DNA from: Candidatus Elulimicrobium sp.
GTDB taxonomy: Bacteria; Patescibacteriota; Minisyncoccia; Phycocordibacterales; UBA918
Assembly: GCA_020720815.1 (NCBI GenBank)
Contig: DYNY01000004.1
Location: forward strand, 1,783-65,782
Direction of reading: 5' to 3'
DNA: 64,000 nucleotides
Of the stretch, positions 1 through 7,813 are shown piece after piece. Within the stretch, counting starts at the first letter, position 1. Each line of letters begins with the position of its first letter. The position numbers and the translations under genes were made by a program. Below the pieces are notes generated by a model, which ran no database searches, had not been told where the DNA came from, and saw only the letters and a program-made list of their open reading frames with translations.

Positions 1-42
1 TATTGTGTTGCGTAACAATAGTGTTGTATATTACAATAATAG

Positions 43-150
43 CGGCGAAGCAAACCAAAAAATCCTTTCCTTCATTTCTTTCGCCTTGCGGCGGGGGGGT
101 CTGGGGGGAGCCGCAAAAAATGATAAGGATTTTTTGGGTTTGCTTCGCCG
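43..150. repeat. Long imperfect hairpin element with G-rich apical loop (copy 1)
   Basis: cggcgaagcaaaccaaaaaatcctt (43-67) pairs with aaggattttttgggtttgcttcgccg (125-150); inner stem ttgcggc/gccgcaa encloses gggggggtctgggggga; related copy at 2629-2736. Confidence 0.8.
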
Positions 151-445
151 TTTCAGTCTCCGAAAAGAGCAATCTTATTTTAACATTTTTGTTTGCTCTT
201 TTCTCCACCCTCACGGCGACCGAGGCGCTCTCGTATCCGCACTTAGTGGTAACGCTAACGTCCGCGAACCACACACAATCGCCTCCGCATAGCCCGCTCG
301 CATTCGCTCGCGCTGGCTGCTTCAGCGTTCTGTGTGTTCACTCGGTAACTTCGAGAGAGTGTGATGGTGACTCAAAGAATAATGGATTGTGCTAAAGCAC
401 AAACAAATCTGTATGTGCTTGACCCGCCCTCCCGTTCGCGCACAA

Positions 446-490
446 CAATCCCCATCGTTTTTAGAAGATATTATAAAAGGATGGGGATTG
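446..490 (-). terminator. Hairpin just downstream of the phosphotransferase gene
   Basis: caatccccatc ... gatggggattg inverted repeat next to the stop codon at 495. Confidence 0.55.
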
Positions 491-494
491 CTCC

Positions 495-1523
495 CTATTT
501 CTTTAGGGTCATCTCCATCTCTCTGAACCAAAACAAAATTTCTTCTTTTTTCAAAATTATGCCAATTGCAAGTGTCAGTCTTTTCTGCAAAAACCTATGT
601 AATGCTTTAGGAAATTTTTGTTTTTTTAGTTCGGCATTTTTGTAAAGAAGAAATAAGAAAAGATCGATATAGTATATTGGCAACAACTTTTCTGCCTCTC
701 GTCTTAACTTGACAGTACTAGCAGTTTTACCAAAGTAAGTCTTCAAAATTAAAACCTTCTCGTCTTCTGTTAGTTTTCTTCCCAAAGTAAACTGATAGAT
801 AAAATCCATTAGTAAGTAGGCAACATCATGCATTGGGTTTCCTATTACTGATGTTTGCCAATCTACCAAATACCAGTGGTTTTTATGCAAAAAATTCTCT
901 GGAAATGGATCGTGATGAATAACCGATTTCCCAGACAGTAAATCTGTAACTGTTGCCAAGTATTTTCTGTATATGTCTTTTTTTTCAAAAAATATTTTTT
1001 CTATATCACCACCTTTGTTTGACGAAATACTTTTTAGTCGCTGATTATAAAGTTTTGACTTCCTACTCTCATCTGCATCAATGCTAAAAATTTTTTGGGC
1101 ATCTTTTGTTACTTTGACCTTGTGTAGTTTCTTTACAGTTTCTACAACCCCTGAAAAGTCAGAATCGACCTTTGAGCTATCGTGAGCAATGTATTCCTCA
1201 ATGAGAAACTCAAAAGGAAAAAACTTTTTACTTGTATCAACAAAGTATACTTTTGGGGTTATTTCGTAGCTCTCCAAGAATTTCAGTACTTGGTATTCGT
1301 TCTTTATACTTATTACATTTCCTGTATACCAATCTTTATCTTTCCAAAAATTGAAACGCATTATCAATTTTTGACCATCTTTAAAAGTAAGAAGATAGTT
1401 TGCATTTGCTAGTCCTTTGCCAATTTCTTTTACTACTTTGAGTTTCGGCAACCCTATCAAAAAAGTATTTTTTGGATGGGGTTGTTTGGCAAAGAAATGT
1501 TTTATCTGTTTAATCGGAATCAT
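495..1523 (-). CDS. Aminoglycoside phosphotransferase/choline kinase family protein
   Basis: IGKGLAN N-lobe, HHDPFPENFL (HxDxxxxN) and LVDWQ motifs; start placed at ATG 1523, overlapping the upstream gene's end. Confidence 0.8.
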   Translation of the reverse strand: MIPIKQIKHFFAKQPHPKNTFLIGLPKLKVVKEIGKGLANANYLLTFKDGQKLIMRFNFWKDKDWYTGNVISIKNEYQVLKFLESYEITPKVYFVDTSKKFFPFEFLIEEYIAHDSSKVDSDFSGVVETVKKLHKVKVTKDAQKIFSIDADESRKSKLYNQRLKSISSNKGGDIEKIFFEKKDIYRKYLATVTDLLSGKSVIHHDPFPENFLHKNHWYLVDWQTSVIGNPMHDVAYLLMDFIYQFTLGRKLTEDEKVLILKTYFGKTASTVKLRREAEKLLPIYYIDLFLFLLYKNAELKKQKFPKALHRFLQKRLTLAIGIILKKEEILFWFREMEMTLKK

Positions 1524-2337
1524 GTTTGAAATCACGCTTTAGGTAATCAAAATGTACTGGTTTTGCTTGAATATCACGATTTAAGGATTTTATATTGATT
1601 TCATCACCAACAACTGGTATCTCAAGCTCAAAAACCTCACCAGTTTTTGGTCCACTTCCTCCTTGAATGCTTGTGACTCCGTCAGTTGCGTGGCTCACAA
1701 CATCGTCGAGTGTTTCCTCGTGTTCAAGCTCGACAACCACAATATGTTTGTCTACTTTTGGTTGAATTGTGTGAGCGACACGCATGAGAAATGCTAGCTG
1801 ATCTTTTGACCGTTTGTCAACACTTTCGGGTGTTTCTAAAACATCAACACCACCCTGCTTCCAATGCTGAGTAGCTGTGCTTCCATGCGGAACTGATTGT
1901 TTTAGACTTGATAGTAATTCCCTAAAAGCCGGTGCGTAAGCGGGCTCATTGTGGGAGATTGGTTGAGATTCTGAATTGAGTATATCCGTACTCCTAACTC
2001 GATACTGATCCTCTCGTTCTTTTGGGTCGTCCCAAACAGTAAATCCGCGGTCTATTAAATAATTTTTGACGATTTGCGCAGAGTCTCGTGTACGTTTTCT
2101 TGGGCTGTAAACGACACAAACAACGTCCTCATCTTTGTTGAGTCTTTGAGAAATATTTTCAGCCGATGCCTCAATCTCCTTGATACCTTGTTCAGTTAGA
2201 TCAATGGTGTCATCATCAGGTATGCCTTTTAATTGTTCATTATACGGAGTGTGCCCATGACGAACACGAAATACTTTTATATTTTGCCAAGACGGCTTTT
2301 CGTTTGATTCTATCCTGCTATTGGGAAGTTGTTCCAT
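1510..2337 (-). CDS. Histidine phosphatase (phosphoglycerate mutase-like) family protein
   Basis: RVRHGHT motif, LTEQG, SPRKRTRDSA. Confidence 0.8.
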   Translation of the reverse strand: MEQLPNSRIESNEKPSWQNIKVFRVRHGHTPYNEQLKGIPDDDTIDLTEQGIKEIEASAENISQRLNKDEDVVCVVYSPRKRTRDSAQIVKNYLIDRGFTVWDDPKEREDQYRVRSTDILNSESQPISHNEPAYAPAFRELLSSLKQSVPHGSTATQHWKQGGVDVLETPESVDKRSKDQLAFLMRVAHTIQPKVDKHIVVVELEHEETLDDVVSHATDGVTSIQGGSGPKTGEVFELEIPVVGDEINIKSLNRDIQAKPVHFDYLKRDFKHDSD

Positions 2338-2338
2338 A

Positions 2339-2536
2339 TTATTTTAATAATTCCTCCATTGGAACGCCTAACGATTTTGCGATTTTTTGAATTGTCTGAA
2401 CGCTTGGTTTTGTAACTACACCACCCTCAATTTTTGTAAGGGTAGAGTATTTGATATTGGCTTTTTTCGCCAAGTCGTCTTGCGTTAAACCCTGTTTTGT
2501 TCGCACTCGTTTTATGTTCTGTGATATAGTTGCCAT
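2339..2536 (-). CDS. XRE-family HTH transcriptional regulator
   Basis: 65 aa, NIKRVRTKQGLTQDDLAKKA...IEGG...PSVQTIQKIAKSLGV Cro/C1-type HTH. Confidence 0.9.
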   Translation of the reverse strand: MATISQNIKRVRTKQGLTQDDLAKKANIKYSTLTKIEGGVVTKPSVQTIQKIAKSLGVPMEELLK

Positions 2537-2595
2537 AGTATGCTACTTTTGATAGTATAGAAATATGAGTCATCACTTTCTTTGCTCACAAAACA

Positions 2596-2624
2596 AGCAT
2601 AGCAAAAATAGTGATATTTTTCAA
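2596..2624 (-). promoter_or_regulatory. Putative sigma70 promoter for the XRE-phosphatase-kinase operon
   Basis: Minus strand TTGAAA-17 bp-TATGCT with TG extension. Confidence 0.45.
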
Positions 2625-2628
2625 ATAA

Positions 2629-2736
2629 CGGCGAAGCAAGACCAAAAATTTCCTTTCCATTTCTTTTTCCGCTTCGCGGTGGAGGGGTGGGGGGAGGAGA
2701 CGCGAGAAAAATGCAAGGAAATTTTTTGGTTTTTGC
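2629..2736. repeat. Long imperfect hairpin element with G-rich apical loop (copy 2)
   Basis: gcaagaccaaaaatttcctt pairs with aaggaaattttttggtttttgc; inner stem tcgcg/cgcga encloses gtggaggggtggggggaggaga; homologous to 43-150. Confidence 0.8.
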
Positions 2737-2809
2737 ACACGCGAGTCCGCGAGCGTGTCCGAGGCGCATTGGTTCGCATCACCACGCAATCGGAGCGTAC
2801 GAGGCAGTT

Positions 2810-2998
2810 TCAAGCCACCACGCGCTCCGCGCGTGCGAAGTGGGTTCGAGCAAAGGTTAATACATCACCGCAGAAAGAAACTTCCGAATCCGAAAGGTGG
2901 GAAGAAGCCCGCGCCGAAGGCGCGGGAGTGGGCAAAAGAGCCCGTCGCTTCGCGACGAATTGGGACGGGACGGGTGTGGCGAAATGCGCGAATTTGTC
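2810..2998 (-). other. Silent alternative 3' end of the recombinase gene (inverted duplicate)
   Basis: Minus-strand frame reads DKFAHFATPVPSQF...SEVSFC-GDVLTFARTHFARAERVVA-stop; matches the recombinase C-terminal region through the inverted repeat, then diverges. Confidence 0.75.
2868..2983 (+). repeat. Left arm of perfect 116-bp inverted repeat
   Basis: Exact reverse complement of 4430-4545; imperfect extension 2984-2998 vs 4415-4429. Confidence 0.95.
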
Positions 2999-3022
2999 TC
3001 TTGTTTCGTATCTAAAAGCAAT

Positions 3023-4675
3023 ATGAATATCAAACCAAAATATTTTCTATACGCGCGAAAATCGTCGGAAGATGACGACCGACAAGTGATGTCTATTGAG
3101 GCACAGCTTTTTGAACTGCGAGAATTGGCGCGTAAAGAAAGTCTTGAAATTCTTGAGGAATTTCAAGAGTCGAAAAGCGCAAAGACACCGGGGCGCGAGG
3201 TGTTCGGTGAAATGTTCGCGAAAATTGAGAAGTTAGATGGTGTTGGCATATTGGCGTGGCATCCCGACCGCCTCGCACGTAACAGTATTGACGGTGGACG
3301 AGTAATTTACGCCGTAGACACTCGCAAGGTTGTGTCTTTGCGCTTTCCGACATTTTGGTTTGAACCAACCCCGCAAGGGCTCTTTATGTTGCAAGTGGCG
3401 TTCGGGCAATCTAAATATTACTCGGATAATCTATCTGACAATATCAAGCGCGGCATCCGCCAAAAATTGCGACGAGGCGAATGGTTGAATTTAGCTCCCT
3501 TTGGCTACACCAATAATCCGAAGGTGAGAAATATTGAGCCTCATCCGACAAATGCTCGCGTGGTGAAGTTAGCTTTTCAAGAATACGCCAAAGGGTCGTA
3601 TACTTTTGTTTCGCTCGCGCAATTTTTAGCGGACTTGGGCGTGGTGACTCGCAACAAAACGCCACTTGCCAAAGTTTCCATCAAACGGCTTTTGACACAT
3701 CGGGCGTATCTTGGTTTCGTCAAACATGGTGACGAATGGTTTGATGGAAACTTTGAGCCAATTATTTCTCCGCAATTGTTTGAAGCCGTGCAGAAAGTAT
3801 TGCAAACGAAAGACAGGCCGCGCAAAAGGAAAATCAAGCATGATTTTCCTTTCACTGGACTTTTTCGATGTGGCGAGTGTGGCAGTATGATTTCCGCGCA
3901 GTGGGCGACTGGAAAATCTGGTGGTCGCTATCGGTATTATCGGTGCTCGAAAAAGCGCGGCCACTGTTCGCAAGCGTATGTGCAGGAAAGTGAACTTACG
4001 CGGCAAATCTGTGCACGGCTTCAAACAATCTCGCTTTGCGATCGCTATACCGACTGGATGTTGGACAAAGTGAAAATGTGGGAGCGCGAGGAAATTGGAG
4101 CGTCGCAAAGCGAGGTTCAAAATCTTTCTGATGGAATCAAAGCGAACGAGGAGCGCATGGAAAAACTGCTCTCGGCGTATCTTGATGGCGATGTACCGAA
4201 AGAGGTTTATCTCAAACGAAAAGATGTTCTCATGCGCTCTCTCGCCGCTTTGAAGGAAAAAATGAAAGATTTTGAACGCGGAAGAAATAATTGGGTCGAA
4301 CCCTTGCGGAAATGGATTTTAGATACGAAACAAGCCAATTTTTTGTCCTCCTCCTCTGATTTGTACCAAATCAAGTCGTTCGTCCAAAAAATCGGAACGA
4401 ACCCTCTGGTTCGTGACAAATCCGCCCAGTTCGCCACACCCGTCCCGTCCCAATTCGTCGCGAAGCGACGGGCTCTTTTGCCCACTCCCGCGCCTTCGGC
4501 GCGGGCTTCTTCCCACCTTTCGGATTCGGAAGTTTCTTTCTGCGGAGAGAGGGGGATTCGAACCCCCGATTGGGTTTCCCCAATACTACCTTTCCAAGGT
4601 AGCGCGTTCAACCACTCTGCCATCTCTCCATTATTATTTTACTTCAATAAATGTTACTTTAAATTAAATATTTAA
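3023..4675 (+). CDS. Large serine recombinase (resolvase + recombinase + Zn-ribbon + coiled coil)
   Basis: YFLYARKSS catalytic Ser motif, DRLARN, APFGY, CGECG...YYRC Zn ribbon; likely start ATG 3023; C-terminus runs through the inverted repeat and antisense through tRNA-Ser. Confidence 0.93.
   Translation: MNIKPKYFLYARKSSEDDDRQVMSIEAQLFELRELARKESLEILEEFQESKSAKTPGREVFGEMFAKIEKLDGVGILAWHPDRLARNSIDGGRVIYAVDTRKVVSLRFPTFWFEPTPQGLFMLQVAFGQSKYYSDNLSDNIKRGIRQKLRRGEWLNLAPFGYTNNPKVRNIEPHPTNARVVKLAFQEYAKGSYTFVSLAQFLADLGVVTRNKTPLAKVSIKRLLTHRAYLGFVKHGDEWFDGNFEPIISPQLFEAVQKVLQTKDRPRKRKIKHDFPFTGLFRCGECGSMISAQWATGKSGGRYRYYRCSKKRGHCSQAYVQESELTRQICARLQTISLCDRYTDWMLDKVKMWEREEIGASQSEVQNLSDGIKANEERMEKLLSAYLDGDVPKEVYLKRKDVLMRSLAALKEKMKDFERGRNNWVEPLRKWILDTKQANFLSSSSDLYQIKSFVQKIGTNPLVRDKSAQFATPVPSQFVAKRRALLPTPAPSARASSHLSDSEVSFCGERGIRTPDWVSPILPFQGSAFNHSAISPLLFYFNKCYFKLNI
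4430..4545 (-). repeat. Right arm of perfect 116-bp inverted repeat, abutting tRNA-Ser 3' end
   Basis: Exact reverse complement of 2868-2983; last 3 bp overlap the tRNA acceptor end. Confidence 0.95.
4543..4629 (-). tRNA. tRNA-Ser(GGA)
   Basis: GGAGAGA/TCTCTCC acceptor stem, anticodon arm ctacc-ttGGAaa-ggtag, long variable arm, GGTTCGAATCC T-arm; CCA not encoded. Confidence 0.95.
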
Positions 4676-4715
4676 GAGGCAACACCGATATTTATACCAT
4701 AGACCCAGAAAACAT

Positions 4716-5780
4716 CTATAATCGGACATCGTCTATCAATTTAATAATATTTTGTAGAGGCCAAGCAATAGAAAACATGTAGTCTGAAATATTTTCATCA
4801 CTTATATGTTCAATTGTCTGATTCATTTTTATATTGTCATCAGGATAAAGAATATATAAGCGATTTTTTATGAATGACAAGCGAATATTAGTATTCTTTC
4901 CTTTCCACCACTCATACAGATCTCGCATAAAATCTGGAGTCAAAATATAGCGTGTTTCCAACTCATTATCGGTAGTTACATGCAATAGATTTTCAAAATC
5001 ATTCCACTCCAGCACAGTTTCTCTAACCTCTGATTTTTCTTTATTATTAAAAAGTCCTATATCTATATCCATATTTTTCTTCTTTTCAGTCGTAATAAAA
5101 GTTTTGCTATGTAAATCATTCTTTAAATCAAAAATAACAAAATAACCATGAAATATATTATTTGTTTGCAGATTCTTTCCATTACCAGTCACATGTTTCG
5201 TATAAAGCTCGACTATTTTGATAAAAGAATTGTTGTAGTTAATTTTAAGGACATTATCTACCTGATTAGTGTTATGTGGTTCTCTAATTAATTCTGAACT
5301 TTCAAGATCTGCCAAAGCCGAAACAAGCTCTGGGGTTTCGTTTATTTTCGCATACAAGAAAAGCTCTTGCCAGACTGTTAATTCTTTATTGCTAGATTGT
5401 ACCTCTTCTTTTACTACACTACCATTTAACGTAAGGAGTGCTAGTACGCGTTTAAAAATAATTTCATTTACTCCTGCATTATACTGCCTTATTATTTTTA
5501 GTTTTCCAGAAAAATATCTAAAGCCAAACTTCAATCCAAAGAAAAATAACCCGGCCCAAATAATTACTAAAACTGTATTTTCGTTGATAACAACCAGTAG
5601 ATAGGACGACATGAAAGACAGCACTAACAATAATATGCCCTGTTTCTGCTCATTCCTTGCTCGCAAATATTCCGTCTCTAATTCCCCGATTGCCGATCTA
5701 ATTTCAGCCATAATTCTAGCCGAATCATTTGAAATTTTTTCTTTTAGTCCTATTGACTCGCTTATTTCACTTGTTTTCAT
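4716..5780 (-). CDS. DUF3137-like membrane protein
   Basis: Two N-terminal TM segments, IFHGYF and LEWNDFENL...TRYILTPDFM motifs; lemA-linked. Confidence 0.65.
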   Translation of the reverse strand: MKTSEISESIGLKEKISNDSARIMAEIRSAIGELETEYLRARNEQKQGILLLVLSFMSSYLLVVINENTVLVIIWAGLFFFGLKFGFRYFSGKLKIIRQYNAGVNEIIFKRVLALLTLNGSVVKEEVQSSNKELTVWQELFLYAKINETPELVSALADLESSELIREPHNTNQVDNVLKINYNNSFIKIVELYTKHVTGNGKNLQTNNIFHGYFVIFDLKNDLHSKTFITTEKKKNMDIDIGLFNNKEKSEVRETVLEWNDFENLLHVTTDNELETRYILTPDFMRDLYEWWKGKNTNIRLSFIKNRLYILYPDDNIKMNQTIEHISDENISDYMFSIAWPLQNIIKLIDDVRL

Positions 5781-5783
5781 ATC

Positions 5784-6683
5784 TTATCGCCCCATCTCCC
5801 GTAAAATACGGATTCTGTCTTCGGCTGGTGGGTGAGTAGCAAAAAGTCCATTGATTTTTTGTCCAATTGATCTCTTTCCGCCTACACTATATGGGTCAGC
5901 AATAAACAAGTGGGCGGTAGCGTGTGAGACACGGCGTAGAGGTTGATGATTTTGGGAAATTTTTTCTAACGCTGAAGCTAGACCTTCTGGGTAGCGAGTT
6001 AAAAGAGCAGCTGAGGCATCAGCTAAGTATTCGCGCTTACGTGAAATAGCGAGTTGAATCATCTGAGCAGCAATCGGAGCGAGAATAATTCCAGCGATAC
6101 CAAGAATGAGAAATAAAGGATTGCGCTCTCTATCACTATCACCACCAAACATCAAGGCGCGAGAAAGAAAGTCTGCCAAAATAGCTACAAAACCAGCCAG
6201 CACCACTGCCACAGTCATAACCAACATGTCGCGATTACCAATATGTGACAGTTCATGAGCCATCACACCTTCCAGTTCATTTTTATTAAGCAAGGCCACT
6301 AAGCCGGTGGTGGCTGCTACTACCGCATGCTCAGGATCCCTGCCAGTCGCAAAAGCATTTGGTGATGGGTCATTTACTAGATAAATCTTCGGCGTTGGTA
6401 AGCCAGCGGTAATCGAAAGATTTTCAACAATATTATAGAGCTCTGGCGCCTCTTGTCTTTCTACCGGCTTAGCACCAGTCATACTAAGTACTAATTTATC
6501 AGAAAACCAATAGCTACCAATATTCGTCATTATAGCGAAAATCACCGCTAGATAAAGAATACTTGAGTCATTTAAATACCAACTAACCACATAACCAATA
6601 GCTATCACGGCTATCAAAAAAGAACCCATCAGGAACCAAGTCTTCCTGATATTACTATCTTGTTGTGTGTAAAGTGTGGCCAT
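5784..6683 (-). CDS. htpX: Zn metalloprotease HtpX (M48)
   Basis: PNAFATG, HELSH, SRKREYLADA, THPP. Confidence 0.93.
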   Translation of the reverse strand: MATLYTQQDSNIRKTWFLMGSFLIAVIAIGYVVSWYLNDSSILYLAVIFAIMTNIGSYWFSDKLVLSMTGAKPVERQEAPELYNIVENLSITAGLPTPKIYLVNDPSPNAFATGRDPEHAVVAATTGLVALLNKNELEGVMAHELSHIGNRDMLVMTVAVVLAGFVAILADFLSRALMFGGDSDRERNPLFLILGIAGIILAPIAAQMIQLAISRKREYLADASAALLTRYPEGLASALEKISQNHQPLRRVSHATAHLFIADPYSVGGKRSIGQKINGLFATHPPAEDRIRILREMGR

Positions 6684-6696
6684 GATTTACCTAACT

Positions 6697-7080
6697 CTAT
6701 AGTGGAATACCTTGTGGTGTCTCATTAGATTTGTAGCCAATATCTTCCGACCAAAGTAAAAAATTCTGATACTTATAACGACCTTTACGCAGTAAGTTCT
6801 CTGACCGTACAGCCATTACTTCTTCATGGGTAATATCAAGTTGTTGAATTATTGTTTCAAGCACGACCATTAAATCAGAATATTCTTCAAGAAAATCTTC
6901 TTTGGTACCCGTCATTGATAGTGACGTAGCCTCTTCTTTAATCTTTTTGAAAAGCTCCTGCTGAAACTCTTGCATGTCAGTAATGCGACGTACCTCACAC
7001 TTTTCATGTTTAGCATGGATAATATCTGGGACATTATCGCGAATCAGCTTGTTGTAATACACTCTGGTGGTAACAGACAT
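6697..7080 (-). CDS. Nucleoside triphosphate pyrophosphohydrolase (PRA-PH/MazG-like)
   Basis: YNKLIRDNVP, KIKEEA, EEYSDL, RKGRY pattern. Confidence 0.75.
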   Translation of the reverse strand: MSVTTRVYYNKLIRDNVPDIIHAKHEKCEVRRITDMQEFQQELFKKIKEEATSLSMTGTKEDFLEEYSDLMVVLETIIQQLDITHEEVMAVRSENLLRKGRYKYQNFLLWSEDIGYKSNETPQGIPL

Positions 7081-7088
7081 AGTTAAAA

Positions 7089-7670
7089 TTAAAAACTTAC
7101 CTTAACTGGCTGTCGAGCTACTTCCTCTCCTTCTCCTAATTCAAAGAAAGCCTCTTCCTTGAAGTTAAAGATATTACCGACTATGTTAGACGGAAAAGAT
7201 TGAAGTGCAATCTTAAGATCACGAACATTGCTATTGTAAAAACGACGAGCCGCTTGGATTTTATTTTCAGTATCAGTTAGTTCCAACTGCAAACTTGAGA
7301 AATTCTGATTGGCCTTTAAATCTGGATAAGCTTCCGCTACAGCCAAAAGTTTTCCTAGTGAGGCACCGAGTACTGACTCGGCCCCGGCCATAGCAGTAAT
7401 CTGCTCTGGTGTGACATTGGTCGGGTCAACGTGAACCTGAGTTGCTTTAGCTCTAGCATTAGTAACTTCTTCAAAAACTCCACGTTCATGGGCTGCATAG
7501 CCTTTAACAGTTTCGATTAAATTTGGAATAAGATTATAACGACGCTTTAGCTGAACATCAATGTCAGCCCAGGCTTCTTTAGTTCGTTGGACCAGCTTAA
7601 CAAAAGTGTTGTACGCACCAATACCATAGACTGCAACCAGTGCCAAAATAGCGATAATAACCCAAGTCAT
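7089..7670 (-). CDS. lemA: LemA family protein
   Basis: WADIDVQLKRRYNLIPNL, AEAYPDLKAN, ARRFYN. Confidence 0.93.
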   Translation of the reverse strand: MTWVIIAILALVAVYGIGAYNTFVKLVQRTKEAWADIDVQLKRRYNLIPNLIETVKGYAAHERGVFEEVTNARAKATQVHVDPTNVTPEQITAMAGAESVLGASLGKLLAVAEAYPDLKANQNFSSLQLELTDTENKIQAARRFYNSNVRDLKIALQSFPSNIVGNIFNFKEEAFFELGEGEEVARQPVKVSF

Positions 7671-7756
7671 AAAATGAAATTAATTTAAAATTTTAACAAA
7701 CCTACATTCATTCACCCTTTAATATAACATGATTAGTTCCGAATGTTTATATATTT

Positions 7757-7792
7757 AACCACAAAATCGCACTTTCGCGCGATTTTGTGGTT
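7757..7792 (-). terminator. Rho-independent terminator after groEL
   Basis: aaccacaaaatcgc/gcgattttgtggtt inverted repeat. Confidence 0.7.
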
Positions 7793-7813
7793 GCTAAAAC
7801 TAACGATTTTGGA

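Noticed and set aside
3-645. Several short overlapping ORFs in the first 650 bp and at 2512-3026
   Set aside because: They fall on structured repeat DNA and show no protein motifs; shared peptides such as SPQKETSESERWEE merely reflect the DNA inverted repeat
2897-3022. N-terminal extension of the recombinase ORF in the track
   Set aside because: Encoded by the inverted-repeat arm; the catalytic domain begins right after ATG 3023
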